Shown: positions 18,494 through 28,877 of the stretch, piece by piece | How the letters are laid out: each line of letters starts with the position of its first letter | Numbering within the stretch: position 1 is the stretch's first letter | Origin: Chrysochromulina tobinii | Lineage: Eukaryota | Length of the DNA stretch: 32,025 bases | Reading direction: 5' to 3' | Assembly (NCBI GenBank): GCA_001275005.1 | Contig: JWZX01003049.1 | Coordinates: 1 to 32,025 of the forward strand | Notes under the pieces: generated by a model | The model's input: only the letters and a program-made list of their open reading frames with translations | What the model was told of the DNA's origin: nothing | Database searches by the model: none | Translations under genes and position numbers: made by a program

Positions 18494-19354
18494 TCACTCC
18501 TTCTTCCCGTCATGACCGGGCGGAAGCTTCTGTTTGGCCGCAAGGAGTTCAGCGAGGAAGTCGTCGTCGTCTGCGCTGAGTCTGGGAGCCTCGACGGGGT
18601 CGCCCCGCTGCACCAGCTTGAAGGCGGCCGTTGGCTGAGGCGGGAGAACCGCGCCCCCCGCGTCCTCCTCGACGCTCACGTTGCCACCGTGCACGGCGCC
18701 CGTGGCGGGGTCGTACACCTGCGCGAGCGAACTCGCGCTCGGGACGTAGGTGCCGGCTGTGCGCGCATTGATGGCCTCGTCCTGCTCCTCCTGCTGGTTG
18801 CGCCGCGCGATCCCGTTCCAGCGATCGACGGGCGACTTTGGGGTCATGAGGAGCATGTTCAGCTTCTTGTCCATGTTTTCGGGGTAGAGCCACGAGCGCG
18901 ATCCCATGCGAAGGGGCATTGTGGAGGCAGTGCCCTCGACGTCGTAATCCTTCAGGACACCCTGCATCCATTTGCGCAGGAACTCGGCCTCGGCCTCGGC
19001 GCGCTTGGCCATGCGCTGAGCGCTCACGCGATCTGCATTCTCGTGCTGCTTGTCCTGGCTGCTGCGCTCGGCGGCAAGCTCGCGCGCGCGGGCCTCTCGG
19101 TACTCCTCACGCCGAGTCTGGTACATTGAGGTGCCCTCGGTGCGCACCTTGGATTTCGCGGCCTCCACACGGCTCGCGACGTAAGCTGCGCGCCGCGCGT
19201 GGAGGTCCTCAGTGACCCACTGGCGCCGGAGGGAAGAGAGCTGCTCCTTGTAGACGCGGCGGTCGGCATTGAAGAAAGTGTCGGTCTTGCCCTTGCCGAG
19301 GTCAATCATCTTCAGCGATGCGCGCTCCGCCAACCAGGCGGCGCGACGACTCAT
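18494..19354 (-). CDS. Charged helical protein, possibly mitochondrial ribosomal protein mS26-like
   Basis: Long ORF with G/C third-position bias; YKEQLSSLRRQW, a charged helix, then SWLYPENMDKKLN...P recalls the mS26 C-terminal motif (weak, from memory). Confidence 0.45.
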   Translation of the reverse strand: MSRRAAWLAERASLKMIDLGKGKTDTFFNADRRVYKEQLSSLRRQWVTEDLHARRAAYVASRVEAAKSKVRTEGTSMYQTRREEYREARARELAAERSSQDKQHENADRVSAQRMAKRAEAEAEFLRKWMQGVLKDYDVEGTASTMPLRMGSRSWLYPENMDKKLNMLLMTPKSPVDRWNGIARRNQQEEQDEAINARTAGTYVPSASSLAQVYDPATGAVHGGNVSVEEDAGGAVLPPQPTAAFKLVQRGDPVEAPRLSADDDDFLAELLAAKQKLPPGHDGKKE

Positions 19355-19531
19355 TGTGCCGAGGTCCACGCGAACGCAGAGAACTCACCCTTTCTTCGAG
19401 TCGGCCACGCAGAAACGCACTAGGCTACATGCACATGTGAAAAGCGTGATAACCCGACCCTCTCCCAGCTTCAACCTTATTTAGAAGCAGTTTGGGGCAA
19501 GTCTTCGAAGCGTTCAGCCCGTTCACCCTCG

Positions 19532-22135
19532 ATGGCCGCGCTCTCGCTGACGCCTCGCGAGACCTCGTCTGGGCTGCGCAAGCCGCGCGCCGCGGCTCCG
19601 GCGGTCGGCGGTTCGCCGCGCGGGGCGCAGCCGCCCAAGGTTGGCTTCCTTCCCGAGGCCCGTGGTGCCAGTGGCGGGGGCAGCAGCAGGCGCCGGCCGT
19701 CGTCGCGCTCGCACGCTCACGACGAGGACGAAACACCGGTCCCGTCACGCGACGAGCTGCGCAACGGCGCGCGTGTTCTGCACGAGCGTAAGCTTCAAAA
19801 ATTGGCGGCGCTGCTCCAGGGTGACCAGATCGTGGACGTCTCAGCGGCCATTCGCGAGCGCACGAAGCTCACGCTCAAGATGGCGTTCGCCAAACCGGAC
19901 ACGGGCGCGGACCTGAACCTCGCGCGCGAGATGGAGCTCCGCCGGCAGCTCGCGCGAATCGAGGAGATGCGAAAGACGTATGACGTGCTGCACGCGGAGG
20001 CCGTGAGCAAGGAGGTCCTCAAGCGAGAGCTCGAGCTCAACTACGCTACAGACCATCTCGGGGTCGCGACAGACCATGAGGAGGTCATCGCAGCCCGACG
20101 TGCGCTGCAGCATGGGCACCACGTGCCCGCGCCGCCGCCGGGCAAGCCGCCGGCCACCGGCTCGAGGCGCTCGACGCCACGAGGCGCCGGGGTGAGCGGC
20201 ACGTCGTCGGCGCCTCTCGATGGCGGCAGCAGCGCTGTGGGCCCGCCCGCCTCGATGAGCTACGACGGCTCCGAGCTGCCGCAACGCTCGCTGGTCGAGA
20301 TCATGTGGGAGGGGGCGACGCCGCGCGCGCTCGAGGAGATGAAGGTGCTCGTGGATCAGGCGAACGAGGCGCTCGCCCAGATGCAGCACGATTGCCAGGC
20401 GTACGCGTACGTGGAGCATCGCACCTTCGAGGCGAACTTCAAGCTGGGCGGGCTGATCGACGCCCAGCGCTCGACGATGGGCGAGCTCGCCAAGGAGGAG
20501 GAGCGGCTGCTCGAGATGCAGGAGGAGGCGAACCAGGCGATGAAAGTGGCCTTGAGGGCTCTCGCGGAGGCCAAGGTCGCGCATGCAGACCAGCAACGAA
20601 ATTACGAGGATATCAAGTGGCAGCGAGCGCAGGTGGGCGCGGACAAGAAGAAGCAAAAGGAGCGTGAGAAGCTGTTCGAAGCTAAGCAGAAGGACTCGCT
20701 CCTCGATGCGCAGGGCGAGCTCGACGAGGAGGCCGAGGAGGCGCTCCGAAAGGAAGCGAGCGAGATCCAGCAGCACGTAGTGATGGCGACGCTCGAAAAG
20801 GAGGCTGCCACCGCGGAGGAGCGCCGTATGGCAGTTATCTTCCAACGACTTCGTCGCGCGACGCACGACCCTGAGTCGATCGCTACGCCGACGGACCTGA
20901 TGATCTCAATGCTCTCGGCCTCGGAGCGCGGAGAAGCGCTCCAGGCGCAGATCAGTGACGGGCAGGAGCTGCAGTCGCTACTGCTCGACGAGCACCACCG
21001 GCTCAAAGGCGAGCTCCAGAAGCATATGTACGGCATCACGTCGTCGACGACGGCGACCGTCGAGGTGGAGCGCGAGATGGCGCCCGCAATCTATGCGTCG
21101 GAATCGCTCATGGCGACAAGCCAGTTCAAGTGCGGGGAGGCCCGCAAGCTGGTGCTTGAGTGCAAGCAAGGCCTCGGGCTGCTCGTGAACCTGGCGCTCG
21201 GCGAGTCAGCCACTAAGATCGTCCCAGACGCGGAGGTGGGCGCCGTACTCGAGCGCGTCGAGAAGCACGTCGTCGCGTGCCTTTCGGTCATCACGGCGCC
21301 CCCACCGCAGCCCTTCCGGCGCGGCGGCCGTGCGCAGACGGTGGCGGAGCGCGCCGCCGAAAAGGCTGAGGAGTTGGAGAGGGCGGCGGAGGCTGAAGAG
21401 CAGTTGGCCTACGAAGAGGCGGCGGAGAGTGCCGCCGCCGAGGCGGAGGCGGCGGCGAGAGCGGCGGACGCGGCGCAGGGCAAGGTGGAGGCAGCTAAGG
21501 CGAACGCTATGAGGATCGCTTCCCAGTCAAACGGAGGCGAAGATCCCGGATCTCCCGGATCTCCCGGCTCGCCCACGCAGGAAGAGGTGGCTTCCTTGGA
21601 CGCCGTCATGAAGGCTGAGAAGGCGGCGAGGCTGGCCAGGGAGAAGGCGGCCGCGGCCGAGGAGAAGGCTGCTAAGGCCAAGGCGGCCGCGAAGCAGACC
21701 TCCGCCGAGCGGAAAGCCGATCGGGCAAAGACTGCCAAGGGCGGTGCAAGCGCCTCTGGGCCATTGCAACCGGGCAGCCCTCACGGCAGCGCTCACGGCA
21801 GCGCCTCCGACGGCCGAGCAGCGGCTGCCGACCCGAAGCAGCTGGCGGAAGCGACGTCGCTCATGCCGAGCAATCCCAACAACGTGCGCGTGGTCACCGA
21901 GGAGGAGATGGAGGAGAGTGTCGAGCAGGCGGACTATGAGGACGATGAGGGGGTCGACGCCGATGGGACGGAGCTGCTGCTCACCCGCAGGCACCGCAGG
22001 AGCTCGGGCCAGGTGCACGAGCCCGGCGAGCGCAGGCGCGCGAAGCGCGTGAACAAAACCGGCGCGCAGGGTGCCGGAAAGCCGCCCCGGAAAATCGGCA
22101 GCGTGTCGCTCAAGCCCCCCCCAAAGTTGTCCTGA
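19532..22135 (+). CDS. Long coiled-coil protein, possibly related to outer-dynein-arm docking complex/CCDC151 proteins
   Basis: 867-aa ORF, heptad-rich; IFQRLRRAT...DLMISML and PNNVRV segments. CDS is secure, function tentative. Confidence 0.55.
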   Translation: MAALSLTPRETSSGLRKPRAAAPAVGGSPRGAQPPKVGFLPEARGASGGGSSRRRPSSRSHAHDEDETPVPSRDELRNGARVLHERKLQKLAALLQGDQIVDVSAAIRERTKLTLKMAFAKPDTGADLNLAREMELRRQLARIEEMRKTYDVLHAEAVSKEVLKRELELNYATDHLGVATDHEEVIAARRALQHGHHVPAPPPGKPPATGSRRSTPRGAGVSGTSSAPLDGGSSAVGPPASMSYDGSELPQRSLVEIMWEGATPRALEEMKVLVDQANEALAQMQHDCQAYAYVEHRTFEANFKLGGLIDAQRSTMGELAKEEERLLEMQEEANQAMKVALRALAEAKVAHADQQRNYEDIKWQRAQVGADKKKQKEREKLFEAKQKDSLLDAQGELDEEAEEALRKEASEIQQHVVMATLEKEAATAEERRMAVIFQRLRRATHDPESIATPTDLMISMLSASERGEALQAQISDGQELQSLLLDEHHRLKGELQKHMYGITSSTTATVEVEREMAPAIYASESLMATSQFKCGEARKLVLECKQGLGLLVNLALGESATKIVPDAEVGAVLERVEKHVVACLSVITAPPPQPFRRGGRAQTVAERAAEKAEELERAAEAEEQLAYEEAAESAAAEAEAAARAADAAQGKVEAAKANAMRIASQSNGGEDPGSPGSPGSPTQEEVASLDAVMKAEKAARLAREKAAAAEEKAAKAKAAAKQTSAERKADRAKTAKGGASASGPLQPGSPHGSAHGSASDGRAAAADPKQLAEATSLMPSNPNNVRVVTEEEMEESVEQADYEDDEGVDADGTELLLTRRHRRSSGQVHEPGERRRAKRVNKTGAQGAGKPPRKIGSVSLKPPPKLS

Positions 22136-22586
22136 CACCCTAGGGTGACAGTCTCGTCATTGGACAGTCGCACACAGACCGCAGAGTGCGTGCGTGACTG
22201 AGCGTCGACCGCGATCGCGAACCTCTGGATGCGCGTTCGTTTTGAGACTGACGATGCACATGCATATTCTGCCGATGTGGATTCCGACGCGGCGAACGGG
22301 TCTGGGCGCCGCGCGTTCCGACTCGGTTGCGCGTTGGTCCGTTGGACCCGCGTCTACGAACTACGTTCCGTTTGCGTTCGTTCAGGAACCCGTATTTTTC
22401 TTAAGAACAGTGACACCACACATGTGAGTCGCAGTGGAGGTGCTCTGCTGACATGACAGATAAACAGGACGGATCGCACCGAGGGGCGGACGCTGCGTCA
22501 GTGGAATTAGGTCACATACCGACGCGCGAGCGTGCAGGCGAGAAACGATACTCGACGAGAAGAAGTCTCCACTGCTCCACTCTGAC

Positions 22587-23273
22587 TCAACCACCAGTGC
22601 GTCCGTTTGAGGGCACCGGCTCGCACCACCTCGGGATTCCAAGCGTACACTTGATGCGGCCTTCGAATACGCGCTCCACAAAGGTCGCGCAGTTGTCGGC
22701 ACCCGACAGGAGTGAGGCGAGCCCTACGTAACGTTCGCCGTCGAGTCGGCTGATGGCAAGCTCGCGCTCCTTGCCGGCCGACGTGGTGAAGCGCGTGAGC
22801 GCGAGCGCGCCAGCGGAATCGTCCGTCCAAGCGTTTAGCGCCGCGGCCTGCGCCTCGTCGAGCTGGCCAGTGTGGAGCTCTACGATGCGCGCTGCCAGTG
22901 TCTTGTTTGCAGCAGCCCGCGTATACAATGGGTCTGGTGAGACCAGAATCCCCTGGTCTGGTGAGACCATGGGCAAGCCGCTTCGGTAACCTTTTGCGTA
23001 GAATCCTACGGACGCCATCTCGTCTGATGAATACCCAACTAAGAGCGAGATATGCCCCACGTCGATGCCAAGGATGTTTTGTGGTACGCGGACGATGGCG
23101 TAGGGCAGACCTGCACTGTATCGACGGGGCGAGGTGGAAGCTCGCCGCAGCCGCGCGTCAGGCGGTGCGGCCGCGAGTTGAGGGGCGCGGTTGGTGTTCG
23201 ATGCTGCAGCAAACGTGGATAAAACAGCGGCGCGTCGTGCGATCGTGTGCAACCGGATAAAGGTCGAGGCCAT
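22587..23273 (-). CDS. Hypothetical protein with His...Asn-Cys motifs (possible permuted papain-like/NlpC-P60 fold)
   Basis: VGHISLLVG...SVGFY and, near the C-terminus, Y...DNCATFVE; transit-peptide-like N-terminus. Confidence 0.55.
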   Translation of the reverse strand: MASTFIRLHTIARRAAVLSTFAAASNTNRAPQLAAAPPDARLRRASTSPRRYSAGLPYAIVRVPQNILGIDVGHISLLVGYSSDEMASVGFYAKGYRSGLPMVSPDQGILVSPDPLYTRAAANKTLAARIVELHTGQLDEAQAAALNAWTDDSAGALALTRFTTSAGKERELAISRLDGERYVGLASLLSGADNCATFVERVFEGRIKCTLGIPRWCEPVPSNGRTGG

Positions 23274-23418
23274 TGCGTCGCGGCCGAGATCGCAAGGAAA
23301 GAGACTGTGAATTACAAACATTGGCTGTGAATGGGCTGCTTTATATTATCGCGAGTGTGAAGAATGACCAAGCTAGGGGCAGGTCTAGGAGAAGCACCTA
23401 AGCAACACGCGTACAGTT

Positions 23419-26400
23419 TCAGATGAGCTTCGCCTCGGCGGCGCTGAGCTTCGCCTGCAGCTCTTCCTTTTCGTTGACGAGCTGTAGGATCTGCTCCGAT
23501 TGCGCCTGCAGCATCATGCGCATTTGCCCCTCATCCTCCGCGTCGATGGTGCCCGGCCCCCGCCCGAGCACGCGCCCCCCGGTGGCGGAACGCACCCATG
23601 GCGCCGCGTCGCGGACTCCATGGCGTGTTTCGCGCGCCTTGGCAAGCTTCACCTCCAGAGCCGTCATCTTCTCAAGCTCGGCGACCCGCTGGACCTTCGC
23701 CTTGCGCTGCAGCCGTTGCTGCTCCGCGAGCTCGTGCCCCAAGGCCACCTTCTCGGCGAGCGCCTGCGCCGCCTCCATCTTGGCACGGCGGAGCTCCGCC
23801 GTGAGCGCCTCCACCTGATGAGGGAGGCCATCAGCATGCACTCAGAGACGCACTCGGACGCAATCAGGCGGAGCGCCGCCGTGAGCGCGGCCGTGAGCGC
23901 CTCCACCCGCGCCAATGCGTGGAGGGTCGAGCGCAGAGGATCCGCGGAGAGGCGATCAGCCGCCACGCCGCTGCCGCCCACCGCTGCGCCGACACCCTGG
24001 GCGCCGCTGCCCTCGGCACGAGCGGACTTGGCGCGAAAGGCAGCGGCGTCGGACTTGAGCTGCTCGATCTCGTCTTGCAGCGCGTCGCGCTGCTGACGGC
24101 AGCGCACAAAATCCGCTTTGGCGCTCAGCAGTGCCATCTCCGCATCCTGCTCGGCGTCTGAACCGTGCGTGGACCCTGGCTTCGCCCAACTCAGCGCGCT
24201 CGCCACGGCGCTACCGTGCGTGGACCCTGGCTTCGCCCAACTCAGCGCGCTCGCCACGGCGCTGGCGGCACTCGCCTCGCCGACGTCAGCGCCGCTCCCC
24301 GGCGCGCGGTCCGCCCAATACGGCGCGCGGTCTGCCTGCAGCCGCCCAGCTGGGATGCGTGCCGCCTCGGCCGCCTCGACCGCCACCATCGCCTCCGCCT
24401 CGGTCAGCTTCCGATGCGCCATCGCCACCTCGCGTTCAGTGGGCCGACCGAACAGTTGGCTCAGGGCGTAGATGCCGCCGGCGCCCGTGCCGGCGCTGAT
24501 GGCCACCGGCACGCGCACGGACGCCGCGCCGCCCGCTGCGCTGCCCTCCGCGCCGTGGTGGGCACTTGCATGCGCGCCCCCCGCCGCCTTACTGGCTGCG
24601 CCGTCCGCCACGCCGCCCGCCGCGCCGCCCGCCTCGCCGCCGTCCGATACGTCCACGGGGTGCGCTGAGACGGGGGCGGCACCCAGTACAGCGCGGTAGG
24701 CGTGCGCGGCCACCTGCGGTGCACCGCTCTTGAGGTACATGTTCGCTGTGGAAAGGAGGAGGGAGACGCGAGGATGCACCATGAAGGCGGCCTCGTACGC
24801 GCCACGTGCGCGCGCTGCATCGCCCACCTCGTTCGCCGCTTTCCCCTCGGCGATCAGCTGATCAGCGAGCTGAGAGGCCGCGCTGCCCCCAATCCCGCCT
24901 CCCCGCCCGTCAACGCCGCCGTCGCGGGCCGCAAGTTGGGCAAGCCTTGCGTGCGCTGCCGCGTGCTCGAGAAGGGATTGGACCCGTGATTGCCCATGCT
25001 CGGCCGTCGCCGCCGCGCGGCTGGCCAACTCATATGCACAGCGCTCGAGGTAGAGGCTCGCCCGTGCGGACGCTTCCTGCTCGGCCGCCACGAGCGTCGC
25101 CAGCTGACCGCGCTGCAGTTGCATGCGGTCAGCTAGCGCCGCATGCTCCGCCGTGAGCCGACCGAGCTCGGCGCGCGCCGTGCTGAGCGCCTGCTCGGCA
25201 CGTTCTCGCGCCGCGAGCTCCTCCTCGCGCCTGGCGATCGCCGCGGCGGCCATCTCCTGCGCCGGCTTGATGGCGGTCTCCGCACGGCTCTGCGCCGCGA
25301 TGGCTGCGGCGAGGTCTGTCTTCTCATCAGCGTTGGCCGTAGCCGAGGCCGCGGCCGAGGCCTCGAGGCAGCTGAGCGCCTCACGGGTCGCCTCGAGCGC
25401 GTCCTTAGCCTGCTCGGCCTCACGCATCGCCCTCGCCACCGCCGCGCGCGCCGCCGCAGCTTCGGCGAGAGCCGCGGCTGCCTCCGCCTCGGCGCTGGCC
25501 GTGTGCTTTGCCTTGAGCTCCGCCTCGAGCTCAAGCAGACCGAGCTCGGCAATGCAAGCTCTCCTCTCGTACTCGAGACGGTCGGCGCGCCTCGAGGCTT
25601 CGAAGTTCGCCTCCTGCATGCTCGCGAGCTGCTTCTCGAGCACCACGGTTCGCGCCTCCGCCGCCACCAGCGCCGTCGCCGTCGCGGCCGCCTCCATTTT
25701 AGGATCGATTCCTTTTTTAGGCTCGCTTCCCTTTTTAGGATCGCTTCCACCGAGCGTCTCCGTCCCCGCACGTCCGTAGTAGCTTTGCGAGTTCCCTGGC
25801 GTGTACTTATACACTGTCTTGCCTTCCTCCGTCTCCTCTTTGAGCTTGCCTTCGGCGAGGAGCTGCTCGAGCAACTTATGCCGAGCCAGCTGCCCCCCGG
25901 TACGTGAACTCGTTCTTCAGCTCGAGGTGCCTGGGCATCAGAGCACCGAGCACGCGCCCGGCGCCGCGCTTGCCACGCTGCTGCTCCTCGATCATCGCCT
26001 CGAGCTCCTCCTCCGTGTCCAAGTCGCGGTCGTCCTCCACGTCCGACGCCGCGTCCGACTCGCCCGACTCGCCTCCGGCCGCTTGATGTGAGGCCGCTTG
26101 ATGTGCCACTCGGCCTGCGCCACCGCCGCCGCGCCGGCCGGCGCTGGCTCGCGGGAAACTCTCGCCCGCCTCCGACCCGACGTCGGACAAGTCGGCGTCG
26201 GTGTCGTCGTCGGCCGTGGGCCAACCTGACGACTCCGCCTCTGACCCGATGGACGACAAGCTGTCGCTCCGACCCGAGTCGCTGCCCGAGTCGCTCGATG
26301 CGAGCGGCTTGCCGCTGGAGCCGTGCTTGTCGTAGTTGCGCAGCCAGCGCGAAGAGAGCGTGAGCACGAGGTCGCCCACGGGCACGCCGTCGTGCAGGAG

Positions 26401-26790
26401 CACGAGCATGAGCTCCTCGCTCACGGCCTCCAGGCTGGCATGCCGTGCGAGGTCCACCTTGGCGCGCCCGAGCGGCCGGAAAGAGCCGGTCTTCTTGCCC
26501 TCTCGGCCGCACAGGAGCGTGAAAGTAGCCTCCTTGGGAAGGTATTGGGCGGCGCCGCGATCGGGGTCGCGGTACATGGTGCACACGAGCGAAAGCTCCT
26601 CGTCATACGAGGCCACGCCGACGCTGCTGGCGGCAAAATCGCGCGTCGAGGCTGCACGATCACCCTTCTTCCACAGAACGCGGTAGCGCACGTCCGGCAA
26701 GAGGGCAATCCCGTCGCGCAGGCTCACCGACCGCACCTGCACAGAGAAGTGGTACTTGAACTTGCCGCCCTTGTGCAGGAACCTCTTCAT
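23419..26790 (-). CDS. NT-C2 (EEIG1/EHBP1-type) domain protein with coiled coils and a TPR-like segment; apparent frameshift at 25893-25898, intron 23815-23906
   Basis: N-terminus KFKYHFSVQV...VLWKKG...YDEELSLVCTMYRD...YLPKEATF...LGRAKVDLA; three ORFs joined by a 1-nt shift and a phase-0 intron. Confidence 0.78.
23815..23906 (-). mobile_element. Introner-like intron H (92 nt) with 28/40-nt duplication
   Basis: Intron start (23867-23906) copies exon start (23787-23814) with an internal 12-nt re-duplication; sense ends TGATGGCCTCCCTCATCAG. Confidence 0.88.
24162..24263 (-). repeat. Perfect 51-nt coding tandem duplication (SAVASALSWAKPGSTHG x2)
   Basis: Identical units starting at 24162 and 24213. 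Confidence 0.92.
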
Positions 26791-26984
26791 GAACTTGCGA
26801 CTTCGGGCGTGCCGTCCGTGTGAGCGGGTCGCAAGTTCTTGCGAGCACACTTGCCCCCTGCTAGAAACCCCGCCTCGCGCCGCACTGTAACTGCAGCCCC
26901 TTTTCACATACTGTTCACCGATGGACGTGGGTGAAAGTTGGTGGGTTTTGATTGGACGAGAACAAGATCAACTTTTCGTGGGGT

Positions 26985-28068
26985 ATGGAGTTCATCCTCG
27001 GCAGCACCACGAGCAGAACGGCCCCCGTTGCTTCTACCCGAGATGTCCTGCCATTAACGGCCGCCATCAGCATCAAACGCCCCACCGAGTGCATGGTGTG
27101 CATGGAGGCTCCGCGGAAGATCCGCTTCGCGTGCGGCCATCTTGCGTGCTGCGAAAAGTGCACAGCCGAGTGCGTTGTTGGACTATCGATCCCTCGGGCT
27201 TGCCCTTGAATGACGCCTACCGATTGAGATGCAGCTTACAATAGTTCCGCACGTCGACTCTTGCGCTCGCAGCCTGATTGCCACTGCCGACAATCGCGTG
27301 CCGCAGAATGCCTGCCCAATGTGCCGAGCAGAGATCATTGTGTGGGAGCAGTTGGGAGAGGATGACGATGCCTTCACGTATCGCCAGCCCGCTGGGCCAG
27401 TTCCAGGACCGATCAAAACCAAGCCACCGCGGCCGCCCGATCCAGCACGGTCGCCCGATGCAGTGGCACTGGACCAGGAGCCTTTCGTCCTTTTGTTTCG
27501 CGAGAGCGGCAGCGTGGGGATCAGCCTCGCACGCCCTTGGCGAGGGCCTCAGGGGCTGATGCACAGCGTGCGCGATGTGAGCTTCGGCTCACCCGCGGAC
27601 GATCTAGGGTGCCCCACGGGCGGTGTGATCCTGCATGTGAACGGAGTCAGTGTGATCGGCATGTCGCGAGCCGAGGTTCTCCAACGGACTCAGGAGCGGC
27701 CCCTCCGGATCGTGATGCGCCTACCCCTCGCGGGCGAGTGGCCGATCCCCGACCCGCCCAACCAGCCGCCGCTACGAGCCACCGTGATCCCCAAAGGTTG
27801 CTGGGACGTCCAGTATACGGTCACGTTGCCCCCGAGCGTGGTGGCTGGCGAGACGCTCATCGTTGCCATGCCGCCGAAGTACACGGTGCACGTTGCGTTC
27901 GTCGTGCCGCGCACTGTGGCTCCGGGCGCCCAGCTGCTGCTCAAAGTGGCCCCAGAGGATCTTCGGAAGCTGCGCAAAAGCCGAGGCCGTCTGGCGCTGA
28001 TCGCGATGAATATTATTCAGGCGCGGAGGACGGTACGATACTCGATAGCTACTACCCCCACGCTGTAG
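26985..28068 (+). CDS. C3HC4 RING finger protein with PDZ-like domain; exons 26985-27169, 27273-28068
   Basis: CMVC...CGHLACCEKC|...CPMCR split by GT-AG intron 27170-27272; GSVGISL...GSPADDLG...ILHVNGVSV...RPLRIV is PDZ-like. Confidence 0.8.
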
Positions 28069-28877
28069 GATCTCTAGGACGTCACGTCGAACGGGACGCG
28101 AAGACCGAAGTCGCGTTGTGCGAAACCCGAAACGAAACACTTACCTCTTTCGTTAGGGGGGAAATTGAGTAAAACACGACCAGTGTGTCGCTCGGTTGCA
28201 ACTTGCAAGCCGGACTTCTTAACCGTTTCGCGGTTCGTTCGCGGATCCTCCGGTCCGCCCCGGCGCCGGCCCCGTGCGCACGGGCCACGGCAGGTCGGAC
28301 GGGGAGACTCGTTTATTATTACGAGTACCGTACGTACCCCCGACCCGGGCACGATCTCTGTTCTCTCTGTCTCTCCTCCACTCGATGTCTCTGCCCCGCA
28401 CTCGTGGTGTGCGCCCTGCGGAAGCAACGAGCGACATGATCCGAGTCGACTCGGCACGAGCACGAGTCGCAGTCCGCGACACGACGCGGGCGCCTTCTCT
28501 TCTTGATGGGCCCGCTTGGGCTTCACACACGCCAAGCCCCGCAGCCACATTCGGCATCTCGCTTCAGAGCACTGGCGTGCCGATCCCCGCGTGTGCTTTC
28601 GCCCTGCCCCGATGCCCGAGTACGGAGAGGCGAGATCACGTCGCGTGGGCGCAGCCACCTTGCTCCCAGCGGGTTCTCTTCGCCTCACACAGTGCACGCG
28701 AGAGGTCCTAGAGAGAGCATCGCAGCATCGGCGATCCTCACCGTCCAGCCAAGCTCGTTCGCTATCGCCCCATGCACTCCCGCGGCGAGCCACTTCATGC
28801 TAGTGTGTCCTTGCCCTGTATGCACCGCGCCTTTCCGCGCTGATATACCGCGCCAGCCTGCGCCGTCGCGGCGCGTC

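Noticed and set aside
25697..25750. AT-rich 18-nt-period repeat (DPKKGS/EPKKGI/DPK) as an intron
   Set aside because: Stays in frame and lacks convincing splice sites; treated as a coding repeat.
28074..28870. Several ORFs between the RING gene and CAP-H
   Set aside because: Arg/Pro/Ser-rich, no motifs; convergent 3' intergenic region.
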